Shown piece after piece: positions 1-11,076 of a stretch of DNA of 64,000 bases. The notes beneath the pieces are model-generated. The model made no database searches. It saw only the letters and a list, made by a program, of their open reading frames with translations, and had not been told where the DNA came from. The stretch's first letter is position 1. Each line of letters begins with the position of its first letter. The translations under genes and the position numbers were made by a program. The stretch lies in contig NEEC01000013.1 of NCBI GenBank assembly GCA_002189035.1, positions 1,612,001 through 1,676,000 on the forward strand, in the 5' to 3' direction. Source of the stretch: Utricularia gibba (lineage: Eukaryota; Plantae; Magnoliophyta).

Positions 1-789
1 TTCCCCTCAACCATCCAAAACCCCTTTAAAATGTCTTCTGCATCTCCCAAAACTTCTTACAGTCCATTTGCGCCCTAAACTCGGACCACACTAAGCCATG
101 ACAAACAATGCAATCACCATACAAAACCTTAAATCACCCAAAAAAATTGCCATTGATCGATCAGAAGGGTGCCGACATTTCTTTTTACTTTTTTCAAATA
201 AACAACGCACATACAAATAAAATCAATGGGGGTGGTGGGGGGAACAAACACCAAAGGGCAGTCCAGCGACAGAGAAACAGGGAATGAAGGATATTCAAAA
301 AGCAGCCAGTCCTCATAATAAAGAGCAAAAGGTGGGAATGAGCAGATAAAAAGAAGGAAATATTAAAAAGCGAGAAAAAAAAAGTATAATTTATTTATAT
401 AATAAATTAATTATTTATTTGTCCTCCTTTTCTTTTTAGCCCTTTGCATGTAAATCCGAGTCTCCCCTCTTTTGACGCCAACCTCATCAAGTTTCTATTT
501 TCTCGAAATTCGTATTACTTTTTTTTATTTCTACAAATAAATAAATAATCCAGTTTTTTGTTTTTTATTTCAACGGTAGATTTGATTATCAAAAAATTAT
601 TTTATATTAAATAACTCACGCATGCTAATCATGTGTTTATTACATAATTATATTTAATACTATAATATATATTTAAATAATTTTTTATTTAATACTATAT
701 TAATAATGATATAGTGAATTTAATTAATTTTATGATTATGAAATATAGGACTTGTTGTGTGTAAACAACTTTATAAAATAATTCTGTTT

Positions 790-1090
790 AATTTTTTTAA
801 GATTCTAATATTTCATTGTTTTATAAATTTAAATTATGTAATTAACTTTAAAAATTATTAAATTTACCATTTTGTAATTAAATAAGATATTAATTCTAAA
901 AATTATAATATTCAATTTTTATCTGTATTAAAAATATATTTATATCATAATGATAAATTTTACAATATAATTTAATATATTAAATTTATACTATTTTACA
1001 AAATAGTTTTATAATTTTAAAATTGATTTTATTTATATGATCTTAAAATTAATTTTATTTTATATTAATCACGATTTCAAATTACCCGAA
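790..1090 (+). repeat. Degenerate AT-rich dispersed repeat, similar to 2280-2600
   Basis: Shared blocks TTTTTTAAGATTC, AAATTATGTAAT, AAATTATTAAATTT and TTTTTATCT.T..TAAAAATA occur in the same order at both loci. Confidence 0.4.
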
Positions 1091-2782
1091 CGTTCCCATA
1101 ATATCAACTTTTTTAGTCTAAAAAAATTTTCTCTTATGAATACTTTTTTAAAATAATAATCTCTACAATATATATATATATATTTGTGTAAATAATCCTA
1201 CTTACATTTAGTTTGGATAAATTAAAATATTAGATTAAACGAAGGGTTGGATCTAGGGTTTCATGACCGGTTTATGGGAGACTGGTGATATTTTTGCACA
1301 AAATAATTAATTAATTTATTTGTCTTATAGATTAAAAATAAAAAAAATATGGAAAATTCTGAAAGCAGTCTAAAAAGCAACCCTGTGTCCTCTGGTCTCT
1401 CGCTCCTATTATTCCCTCGGCTTTTGTACCTTTTAAATCTGTCATTTTTGTTCTTATTTTTCCAGTCCCCCACTACATTTTTCTTTTTACTTTTCTTTTC
1501 TTTTCTTTCCTTTTTTTTATTTAATCAAAAGAGAACATAATCTTATTTCTAGGCGTGCTTCGGGATCGGTGAGATTTGTTTACTGAGACATCCATAATAT
1601 TTTAATATTTTCATTTTTTAAACAAAAATAATAATAATATGAAAATAAAAAGGAGTTTTTATTGATCCAATAAAAAGAAACACTCACCCCCTTTATTTAT
1701 ATTTTTCTTTTTGAAAAAAAAAATTACTATTCTTAAATGTTTCTTGATTTTTACCACTTGTGTTAATTATTTTGTTGACGTGGCTTCCTTCTTTCTTGAT
1801 ACAGTAAAGATTCTGGCATTCACCGCCTGGCTGATTTGGTACGGTTTTTTTACAGCAACTTTTTTACCAGGAAAATGGAAATGGAGAGAAGAGACAGGGT
1901 GATGAAGCCTCTCATCTGCGCTTCTTTCTTCACCTTCAACTTTTTATTGCCTGACACCGCCACAGTGATGCAAAGAAATTTACCTGGCGCTGGCTGCTCC
2001 AAGTTACCACCTTTCACGGAAGGGTAAAACTTTCTCCAAGAACATGGGCTGTTTTCAGACCCCAATAGACATACCACCCCGGCCCAGAAAATCAGCCCAA
2101 TAGAAATTAATTATGTTTAATAATAAAATTAATTTGAAAACCAATCTCGTACCAAATGTAAAGAATGAGGGGAATAGCGATAAAGTTGAATATCTAAGAG
2201 GGAGAGAATGTAAGATTAGAAAACTTATGAGACAATGGATGTGTCCTCTTTTATGAATTTTTTGAAGTTATTCTATTTAATTTTTTAAGATTCCAATTTT
2301 TAATCATTCTTTAGTAAAATCACAAATTCAAATTATGTAATAAAAATTAGAAATTATTAAATTTCTTAAATATTTATTTTAGAAATTAAATTAAAGATTA
2401 ATTAAAATACTATTATTTTTTATCTATTCTAAAAATACTTTTTATATTATAATATTAAATTATATAAAAAGTTAATAAATTAAACTTTACAATATATTTT
2501 GTTATTTTATTGAATTTTATAATATAATTTTATATTATCAAACAACACAGTTTTACATAATTTCAATCTGACTATATTCATATAATCTCAAAATTGATTA
2601 TATTTTACATAATTTAAATAAAAAATTTAAAAAACATAACATACCCAATATCTCACATTAGTTAAAAAAACATGATTAAATAGAAAAAAGTCTTATAATC
2701 TTATATAAAATATTTTTTGGAAAGAGAACCATTTTTTTTAAAAAAAGTGTTCCACAGAGATACAAGGCTAGCATGAGGGAAG

Positions 2783-4654
2783 TCATTTTGCCCAAAGTAT
2801 TTGTTCATCAATCTTTGTATTTGTCTCGTCATCAAGTCGTTTCCATGTCTTGATCATCTTGGGCGCACCCCATGAGAGCCGGCCTTTCTCGAGCTCCGTG
2901 AGAATGACTCGAGCTCGCCGTGATTTCGTGGCAGTGCCGTAGCCATGGTATCCGAAGCCTCCGCCATAGCAGAACCATAAGCCCTGTAGCCTCCCGCAGT
3001 AGTCGTTTTTATGATCATGGCCTATGAACACGGCCTTCAAGTCTGCCATGGAAACGAGGGTCTTGAGAACGCCTGAGTTTACCAGGGAACATGCAATGTA
3101 TTCTCGATATTCGCCCACGATGTCATACATGGGGAGTTGTCTCATCTCTGGGATCGGGATATGGAAGAAGACCAAGGAAGGTGGAGACGAAGGGATGTGG
3201 GGTTTTTCATCCGGGTTCAGATCCTCTTCCTGTCAATGCGTGACCTACAGGATGTTAAACATTCTGAAACTGGGGAGCAGATGGATGCAGGGAGATCAGA
3301 ACAATGGGGATGCATCAATGGCTGCTGTTAGTTTACCTGGAGTTTCTTGGAAGTCCGACGAAGCCAGTTGAGTTGGGATTCTTTGATCCAGTCGTAGGTC
3401 CGGACGCCATCAACGACTGCTCTATCTCCACTGTCTAGAAAATAGAGATTGATCACAGTTCTGTTAGCGTAGCTTGAACCTGGAGCACCGTTTACTTTCA
3501 GATTATAGTTTCCGAATCCATCCATCTTCATCTGCATATGCTCCTCGTTGGGGTCGGATGAATCCTCATCTGATGGAAATGTGCGTGATAAGGAGAAATC
3601 TAGGAGGGAGATGAATGACATGAGCTCTCCACGGGACATTGTGGATTCCTGGTCGTGGTTTCCTAGTATAGCAGACCATGGAATTCCTGATTTTATAACC
3701 GGCTGAAATGCTTGAAACATAGATTCTGCAGCATCTGTGGCGCTTGATCCAAATATGTTATCTCCTGGAGAGAGGAAACAATTCAAAATGCAATGGAAGG
3801 GAAGGAAAACAAAACAATGCCTGTACTTGTCACAACAAATGGAAACACAGAGATTCATTTGAGAATCAAAGTAGCATCCCACATTTCCCTATGTAGACAT
3901 TTTTTCATGTCAGCACTCATCAAACTGAGTAACAGAATCGGAGGCCAAAGAGATAACGTCATTTCTGATTTTATGAAAGCATTTCCAGTAGCATGGTGAG
4001 CTTCAGAAACAGGCACAACATTTTTACACAAACATGGCATCCAAATGAAGCAGACAGCTTAGTAAAAAGGCTAGCCTAAATCAATCGTTACAGCAGATTA
4101 CCAGGATTTGCATAAAGTGGAATTAACTAGCTTCTTCTTTATCCAAACTATGGAACCCAACTTGAAGCATAATTGAAGAGTAATAACAGAACAACAAGTA
4201 GAGTATAAAGTATAAAAAGGTTGGGTTCATTCTCGCTACCAGTAAAAGCAACAAAATCAGGGCTTTCCAGTTCGATCATCCTCTCGAGAAACCGCGTTGT
4301 GTTCAAGTCGGAGCAATGCTCAAATTCACTACTCAGCACGTCTCTGCAACGAGTCAACTTCCCATTCCCAAAATGCATATCGGCCACCTTCAACAACATC
4401 AATTATCAAACAAAGGAGAAATTCCCACAATTCACTGGCTTTGAATTGATCACCTGGAGAATTTTAAAGGTCCCATCGGAACGAAACCGAAGAGGGGTGG
4501 GCGCCGCTTTCTTGATTCTAACGATTCGATGATTGACAGTGAGTTTAGGTGAAATGAAGGAGTGAAGAAAAACCAGAAAAGCAAGAATGAAGCACAAGTA
4601 TGTGAAGGACTGGACCCATGTGCGAAACCCAGTTCTCATTGCTCTCAACTTCAT
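2783..4654 (-). CDS. PAP28: Purple acid phosphatase 28-like metallophosphoesterase; exons 4654-4454, 4387-4240, 3764-3337, 3229-2783
   Basis: Spliced translation with GT-AG junctions gives LRFRSDGTFKILQ|VADMHFG, TG|DNIFG, LGNHD, FFHIP and IGHDH, plus an N-terminal hydrophobic segment. This matches the PAP14/16/28/29 subgroup. Confidence 0.92.
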
Positions 4655-4784
4655 GGCATTTCTTAGTTTCGCCTCATTTCAGCACTGACACGAACACCCA
4701 CTCTGGAGAAAAGAATGCCACTCATGGTTGACGATGATTCCTTAACCTGCTATTGGCCGTAGATCTTTTTCTTATAAATTAACA

Positions 4785-4828
4785 TGGGCCATTGATCTTG
4801 TTAACCAGTTGGGCTGCCCTGAGGCCCA
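4785..4828. promoter_or_regulatory. Cluster of three site II (TGGGCY) motifs in the divergent PAP28/E2 intergenic region
   Basis: TGGGCC at 4785-4790, TGGGCT at 4810-4815 and GGCCCA at 4823-4828. Site II elements are common upstream of plant mitochondrial/respiratory genes. Confidence 0.4.
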
Positions 4829-5612
4829 TCCCCTCTCAAACATATATATTTTTATTTGATGAGAATTAATGTTTAGCATTATAATTAATTATTAATACAA
4901 CCCATGTTCTAATTTTACAAAATTAAAGAAAATCATTCTATATACATTGTTATTCTATCTCATTAGTAATTAATATGAGATTCATTTAAAGTTCTTACAA
5001 TTTTCTTTGGATCGGGGCCTTCCGCCCTTTTTGGAATCTTTGTTGAGGTTTGCTCTATCACTAATTACATTCTGTATTTTTATTTCATAATTTTTATATT
5101 TGATTTATAAATATGATATTTTGTCAATATTTATATAAATTTAATTATACAATTATACACAATTTTTTTAAATAATGCTTTTCATAAAATATGTATAAGT
5201 TTATCCTAACATCTAATTTTTGTGTAAATTAATTGTGTCTAAATTTTTCTAAATAAGTTGCAATTTCGAGTCATTAATATTCATTAATTAATATGTTCAA
5301 AAACTTGCATTTCCTTTTTTTCTGAGAGGATGCTTTTTCAGCTGCAGCCAGTAGGGCGATCGTAAGAGTTGAAGAAGTTGCGCGCCCTAATCTATTGTTG
5401 TAGCTTCAACGCAAGCTGATAGGTGAAGTATCTCCTTTTTAATGTTTCTAAAAATGATCTGTATATCAATTTTTCGTCATCCTCTTTGAGATCCGTTTCC
5501 TGTTGTGAGCGTGGAGATTTTTTTTTCCCGATTTTTTTAACACGGTTCGTAGGCGCCGTAGCTGATCATTTGGTGTTTCTTGAAGCTGTAGGCTAGAGCT
5601 ATCAAAGGCATT

Positions 5613-8589
5613 ATGTTGGGAGTTTTGAGGCGGAAGACCGGTTCCAGTGCATTGTCTTGGGCGGTACTTTTTTGTTTTGTAGATATGATGACGTTCTATT
5701 TGCAATGATTGGCACGGGTTTGGGGCCAAGGGGTGACGAGATGTGTGAGGGGTAAAAGATTTTTTCTTATAGGTCTTTGGGAAATCGTTCCGTAATCTGA
5801 GGCCTGCTGTGTGCGTAGATCGTCCATGCTCGTTTTCCGGAAAGGTAATTTTGGTTCCAGTTTCGTCTACCTGTTGGATTTTATCAATATTTTTTATACA
5901 TTTATGAAATCTTACGCTTTTGTACAATTTTAGACCCTTGTCAATGTACCACATAGGCCATTCTGTAAAAAAATTGCAGAGGTTGAGTGACATCTGTTGT
6001 TTTGCTCACTTGGCTGTTGTTGTTGACTTGGAAACTCTATCTTGTTTTGCTATCTTACTGCGGTCTTACACTTGATTATTTAATGATTAGGTCATACAAT
6101 CCTGTCACACCCATGTCACTGGTATTACTTCCTGCGTATTAGACTAACAGCTCCTTGAAATGGATTACATCATTGATATCAGATTCCTCCATTTCTAAGC
6201 AGGTCGCTGCATTACTTCAATCCCAAGCAGGTCTTGTTCTTTTTCTTGTTTTTCCTACCAAATGGTTCATGTAAATTTTGATAGTAATGTGTCTTCACCT
6301 CACATAAAGTTCACGTAATGTGTTATTTTCAGGGTTTCTGGGGTCATTCTTCAGCGAAATGTATATGGGATGTCAAGAGTACCTTTTAGTTCTGGCAGCG
6401 GTATGATTTTTCGAGTGCTGTTTTTTATGCATATTTTATCTGATATAGATGTTGTTTCATTTTATTGTTAAGTGAAAATATGTGCATTAAAAAATTTGTT
6501 ATGGTCTTGTCATAACATGTGCTCACTTCCTATTGAATCTCAAACAGAAGGTGATACTTTTGAAGCTGTTGTCCCTTATATGGGTGAATCTATATCTGAT
6601 GGAACATTAGCAACATTCTTGAAAAGTATGTCTTTCAAGCGTTCCCTCAATTAATCAATTCGAAAGTTATCAACCCAACGACTAGTGGTTGCTTTTCTTT
6701 TCACACTCTTTCTTATCTGACTGAGCAGAACCTGGAGATAGAGTTGAAGTGGATGAGCCAATTGCCCAGGTTGAAACGGATAAGGTACCAAAGTTACACA
6801 ATTGGTATTGAATGCGTACCGGAAGACATGTGAATTGCCCTTGCGGCTACTCCACTATTTTTTCCCTTCTCATTTAAAATGTGAATTTGCAAAAGAGAAT
6901 GCTATTGTTGTTATTTTTTTGTATTCATAATTAGTGATAGTGTCGGTTTTGTGGAGTTTAGTAATATGTGATTTTCCAACCGTTGAGTAATATTTTCTTG
7001 TAATCCCAGGTTACCATTGATGTCAATAGTCCTGAAGCAGGTGTTATACAAGAGGTAAGCCCAACCTTATGGGAAGCATGACTTCTATGTGCTCTTAGTC
7101 TGTGGAGCTGATTATTATTTTTTTTTCTTTTTTTCCCTTTCATGCACGTCCTTAGTTGCTAGCTAAGGAAGGGGATACAGTGGAACCTGGTACCAAGGTT
7201 GCTATCATATCAAAATCGGGTAAAGCTGCAACCCATGTTGCGCCATCGGATGAGAAGCCTTCTGAAAAGGCTCCTACACCATCACCATCTTCTGGAGAAA
7301 AAAAGGAAAAGCCCATCAAAGTTGAAGCCGCTTCTGTTGTGGAAAAGAGTAAGGGTAGTGCCCCTCCACCCAAGCCTGCAGCAGTAGAACCTCAGCTTCC
7401 CCCGAAAGATAGGGAAAGACGTGTATGTCTAAGATATCTGCTTGTCCTCTGGTGTAGGGACTATGCTGTATTATGACTTCTCACTCTACAACTGAAACAG
7501 GTACCCATGACAAGGCTCAGGAAACGTGTTGCAGTACGACTGAAAGATTCTCAGAACACATTTGCGCTGTTGACGACATTCAATGAAGTTGACATGTAAG
7601 TCCTCTGTAGTACTTGTTGGCAGTGGAACCGAAGATTCATGATGTTTTGATAGATTCTAGAAATACGTGTAGAACTAGCATATGATGGAGTCATATTGAT
7701 TCCATGATGCCTGCAACTTCCTTTGGATTACCGCTTCTGGGTTGCATAAAAAAGTAGCCACTTGATACAGGACAAACTTAATGAAACTTCGTTCTGATTA
7801 CAAAGACGCATTTCTTGAAAAACATGGTGTCAAGCTTGGTCTGATGTCAGGGTTTGTGAAGGTACACTCGTATTTACCTTTAATTTTTTTTCCCCTTTGA
7901 GTTTCCCACACTCCGTGTATTTGCTTCTCTGTTTGTAGGCTGCTATCAGCGCTTTACAGATGCAGCCAATAGTGAATGCCGTTATTGATGGTGATGACAT
8001 CATTTACAGAGACTATGTGGATATTAGCATAGCTGTTGGTACTCCCAAGGCAAGATTATCTCCCTTTCTTACATTCAAAATCATCCACATTCTTTGACAA
8101 CCAGTTCCTTTCCAGGGCCTCGTTGTACCTGTTCTTCGCAATGCTGAGAATATGAATTTCGCCGAGGTCGAGAAGTCAATAAACACTCTTGCTAAGAAGG
8201 CCAACGATGGTACCATATCCATTGATGAGATGGCTGGAGGAACATTCACCATATCAAATGGTGGCGTCTACGGAAGCCTGCTGAGTACTCCCATCATCAA
8301 TCCACCACAGGTTTACCATTTTCACCCACGAGATTATTTCATCAATTCAACTATTGGAGGTTTGCTTCTGCTGATTTTTAATTTGTGTGAACTGTAGTCT
8401 GCGATCCTGGGAATGCATTCAATAGTTAGCAGACCCATGGTTGTTGGGGGCAACATAGTCGCTCGGCCCATGATGAACCTGGCGCTGACATACGATCACC
8501 GGCTGATCGATGGAAGAGAAGCCGTCTTCTTCTTAAGAAGAATCAAAGATGTGGTCGAGGATCCCCGCAGGCTGCTGCTGGATGTGTAA
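5613..8589 (+). CDS. DLST: Mitochondrial dihydrolipoyllysine-residue succinyltransferase (2-oxoglutarate dehydrogenase E2); 14 exons: 5613-5663, 5773-5844, 6091-6121, 6203-6230, 6333-6400, 6548/6551-6625, 6729-6784, 7010-7054, 7156-7422, 7501-7595, 7771-7861, 7939-8049, 8116-8310, 8398-8589
   Basis: MLGVLRRK presequence, lipoyl domain ([23 protein letters not shown]), [25 protein letters not shown] and catalytic [12 protein letters not shown]. All exon phases are consistent; intron 8050-8115 is GC-AG. Confidence 0.95.
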
Positions 8590-9652
8590 GAACGCCAGCT
8601 TTTCAGTTGGATTCCTTCACCCCGTCACGCCCATCCCAGAGCTCGGCGGTTGCGGCTGGTAAGAATAACACACCACAACACTGCAGGTTCTTGTAGCATT
8701 TGCTTCAGCCTTCTCCAGATTCCTTTGTTTGTCGAATGCCATCTGGAAAATTCATCCACAACCTTGCATTGGTGAGAGGATTGGTGATGCATGAGGCTTT
8801 TTTCGATTTGACGTTTTACAATGAATTTGATGTTCATGTTCATTTTATATGCAAGTAAGTAAATAGGGTACCATGGAGATAACTTGAAGGCATATGATTC
8901 TTGAATGAGCGTTGCTGCCGGAAAGCTACCGGCTGTTCCGGTGGCGAGGTTCTATTCCGGTGCGTTGCCATCATCCACCTGCAAGACGCGGAACCGGTGT
9001 TCCAAATCAGTTGCTTCTCGAAGAACGCTGGACTCCACCATTAGAGGAATCGGAAACCCTTCCGTTCCAATTTTTCAATCCCGACTCCGGCGGCTCACAG
9101 GCCTACTCCCTTTTGACTCAAATAATCCAGCTGAGATCTGAGTTGCCATTCCTGTGTCTCTGGGAACGACGCCTTTTTGTCGCCATTTCGGAACGAAGCG
9201 TTTCTGTTCCCGGTGGAGGATTGTTTCGGATGCAAATGCGCCGGCGATCGCTGGAGTGTGGGAACGACGTGACTCGGCGAGGAATCATGCGCCGACCGAA
9301 GATTGTGAAGAACAGCAGAAAGGGCTGCAGACTGTACGCGCCGGAGACGAGGAGCCCATTTCAGTTCCGTGATGATTGGCTCAAGCCGAGTGGTCGCCCG
9401 TTTTTGTGGCATCTCATCTTCTGCTGTTCTTCTTCTTCCTTGGAAACACACATGAGGTACCATATAGATCAGAAGAAGAAGACTATTGGAATTCATTGGA
9501 TTGCCTGATAAGCTCCAATGGCTATACAGGAAGAATACAGTGCCAGCTTCCACTTGCGGCTATTTTACAGGAAGAATCCAATCGAGCAGACGCATCAGAG
9601 ATGGGATCAAATGCTGAAAGTCATTTGCATGCCAGAGCAAATGGGAGACTGG

Positions 9653-10304
9653 TTAAGAAGCAGAAACAACAATTTGAGGACCCATGTACTCGATTCCATC
9701 CATCTCTGATTCCTCGGGGGGATCTATCTCCTCGAGGTATCTGTGGCAGGCCAATTCTGCCATGCCCAAAAGAAAGAACTCAGCTTCAGTTTGGACATGG
9801 AAATCGAAGAAAAGGTTACTGAAGCAGCAGTTGAATATCTGAAACTAAGAAGATAAACCCTCTACCTGATTCCTCCTCAGTTTCTCTGTAGAAGGAACAA
9901 TCCCGGTTGGCATCTTTCGAGTACGGCGGCCCGATGATATCAAGAAAAGCACAAGGCGACAGCGCTCTAAATTCATGGATGTTCCCTCCCCATGTGGGGT
10001 ATAATACAGATGCGTCACTGGGAGCACTGAGTACCTTGTCGGCTTTAAGCTTTGCTAGTTTACCTGGTGAAGTTCCAACGACTAGATGAATCAAATCTAG
10101 GGTTGCCTTTTCTCATGCGAATCTCAAACAGTGCAGCTTACCCTCAGTCGGTGAAGGCAAAGACGAATCAGTCTTCTCTTGAACAGCAGCCCAGTCATAT
10201 GCCTTTACATGCATTTTTCCTATGAGAAGCTTGCTAAACACAGTCATTTCTGGGTGGTTATGAAGAGGTATCAGAGCGTTGGATGGAAGAAGGAAAAGAC
10301 ACAT
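9653..10304 (-). CDS. PCO: Plant cysteine oxidase (PCO1/2-type), N-terminally truncated, 154 aa; exons 10304-10142, 10063-9866, 9756-9653
   Basis: LIPLHNHPEMTVFSKLL, KLAKLKAD, GGNIHEF, FLDIIGPPYS, RDCSFY and EMDGIEYMGPQI. The phases join into one 465-nt ORF. Confidence 0.85.
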
Positions 10305-10630
10305 CTGCAGAGAACGGAAACAGATGTTCAAGCTACTAGAGATCTCGTGATCCCAATCTGAGACCTTCGGTTACCTCAAAGTTGTGGCATTTGTAAATCG
10401 TCGGTCTGGATAAGGATTGGATCCCAAGAAAACTATGGGCTTGAGGGGTTCAGAGAAGAAGGCAGCACGTGGAATGGAGAGAAAACAAGGGAGGATTTGA
10501 GAGGGGCAAAAAGCAGTATTTCATTTCTTTCTAATTCACTCGGCCCCATGAATTGTGCGAAAACATTAAAAAAAGGAAAAAAGCGCACCCTCCATTTCGT
10601 CGGAAAACTACTACTTTCGACGAGGCACCC

Positions 10631-10696
10631 TGGGCCCACACCTCATCCTTTCCTAATAAAGCATGCCCACGTGGCGTCTAATTAACCCCGTGGTTT
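10631..10696 (-). promoter_or_regulatory. PCO upstream motif cluster: TGGGCCCA, G-box and HRPE-like element
   Basis: TGGGCCCA at 10631-10638 and CACGTG at 10668-10673. AAACCACGGGG on the minus strand (10696-10686) matches the HRPE consensus AAACCA(G/C)(G/C)(G/C)GC at 10 of 11 positions. Confidence 0.5.
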
Positions 10697-11076
10697 TTTT
10701 ATTTAATCATTTTTAAATTCAACTTAATGAATAAATAAATATTTTTTTAAGAAACAACATGTACCCTTTGATTAGATGAATTAGAAATCTAAACATGTAT
10801 TAAGCATTGTGTGAGAAAAATTATTATATAATAATTTTTTAATTTAATATATGAGATAAAATGTACGAATTATGATTTTTATAAATGTCTCAACTTTGAT
10901 TATCCCCATTTGAGATAGGGTTTAATTAGGGCACCCACCACAGGGATATTTTCCAACACGAAATATCTTATTTCTAAAAAAAGAATGTATATTATATGTA
11001 TAAAGCAGTGCCATGTAAAGTAACTAACTATTCCTGTACGGCGTTACGACGAGGACGAGGAGAAAGACGATCCCGT

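Noticed and set aside
1-400. Moderate-GC sequence at the window start
   Set aside because: It looks like the promoter or 5' leader of a minus-strand gene leaving the window; no ORF or motif could be assigned.
1261-2077. Short ORFs, including a signal-peptide-like MRGFITLSLLSISIFL on the minus strand
   Set aside because: No supportable downstream exon or family motif; most use non-ATG starts or low-complexity AT-rich sequence.
3700-3764. PAP lacks the metal-binding Tyr (GDNIF rather than GDxxY)
   Set aside because: This is a known property of the PAP28 subgroup, not novel.
5466-5993. 175-aa minus-strand ORF
   Set aside because: It is an antisense shadow over E2 exons 1-2 and introns, with no domain.
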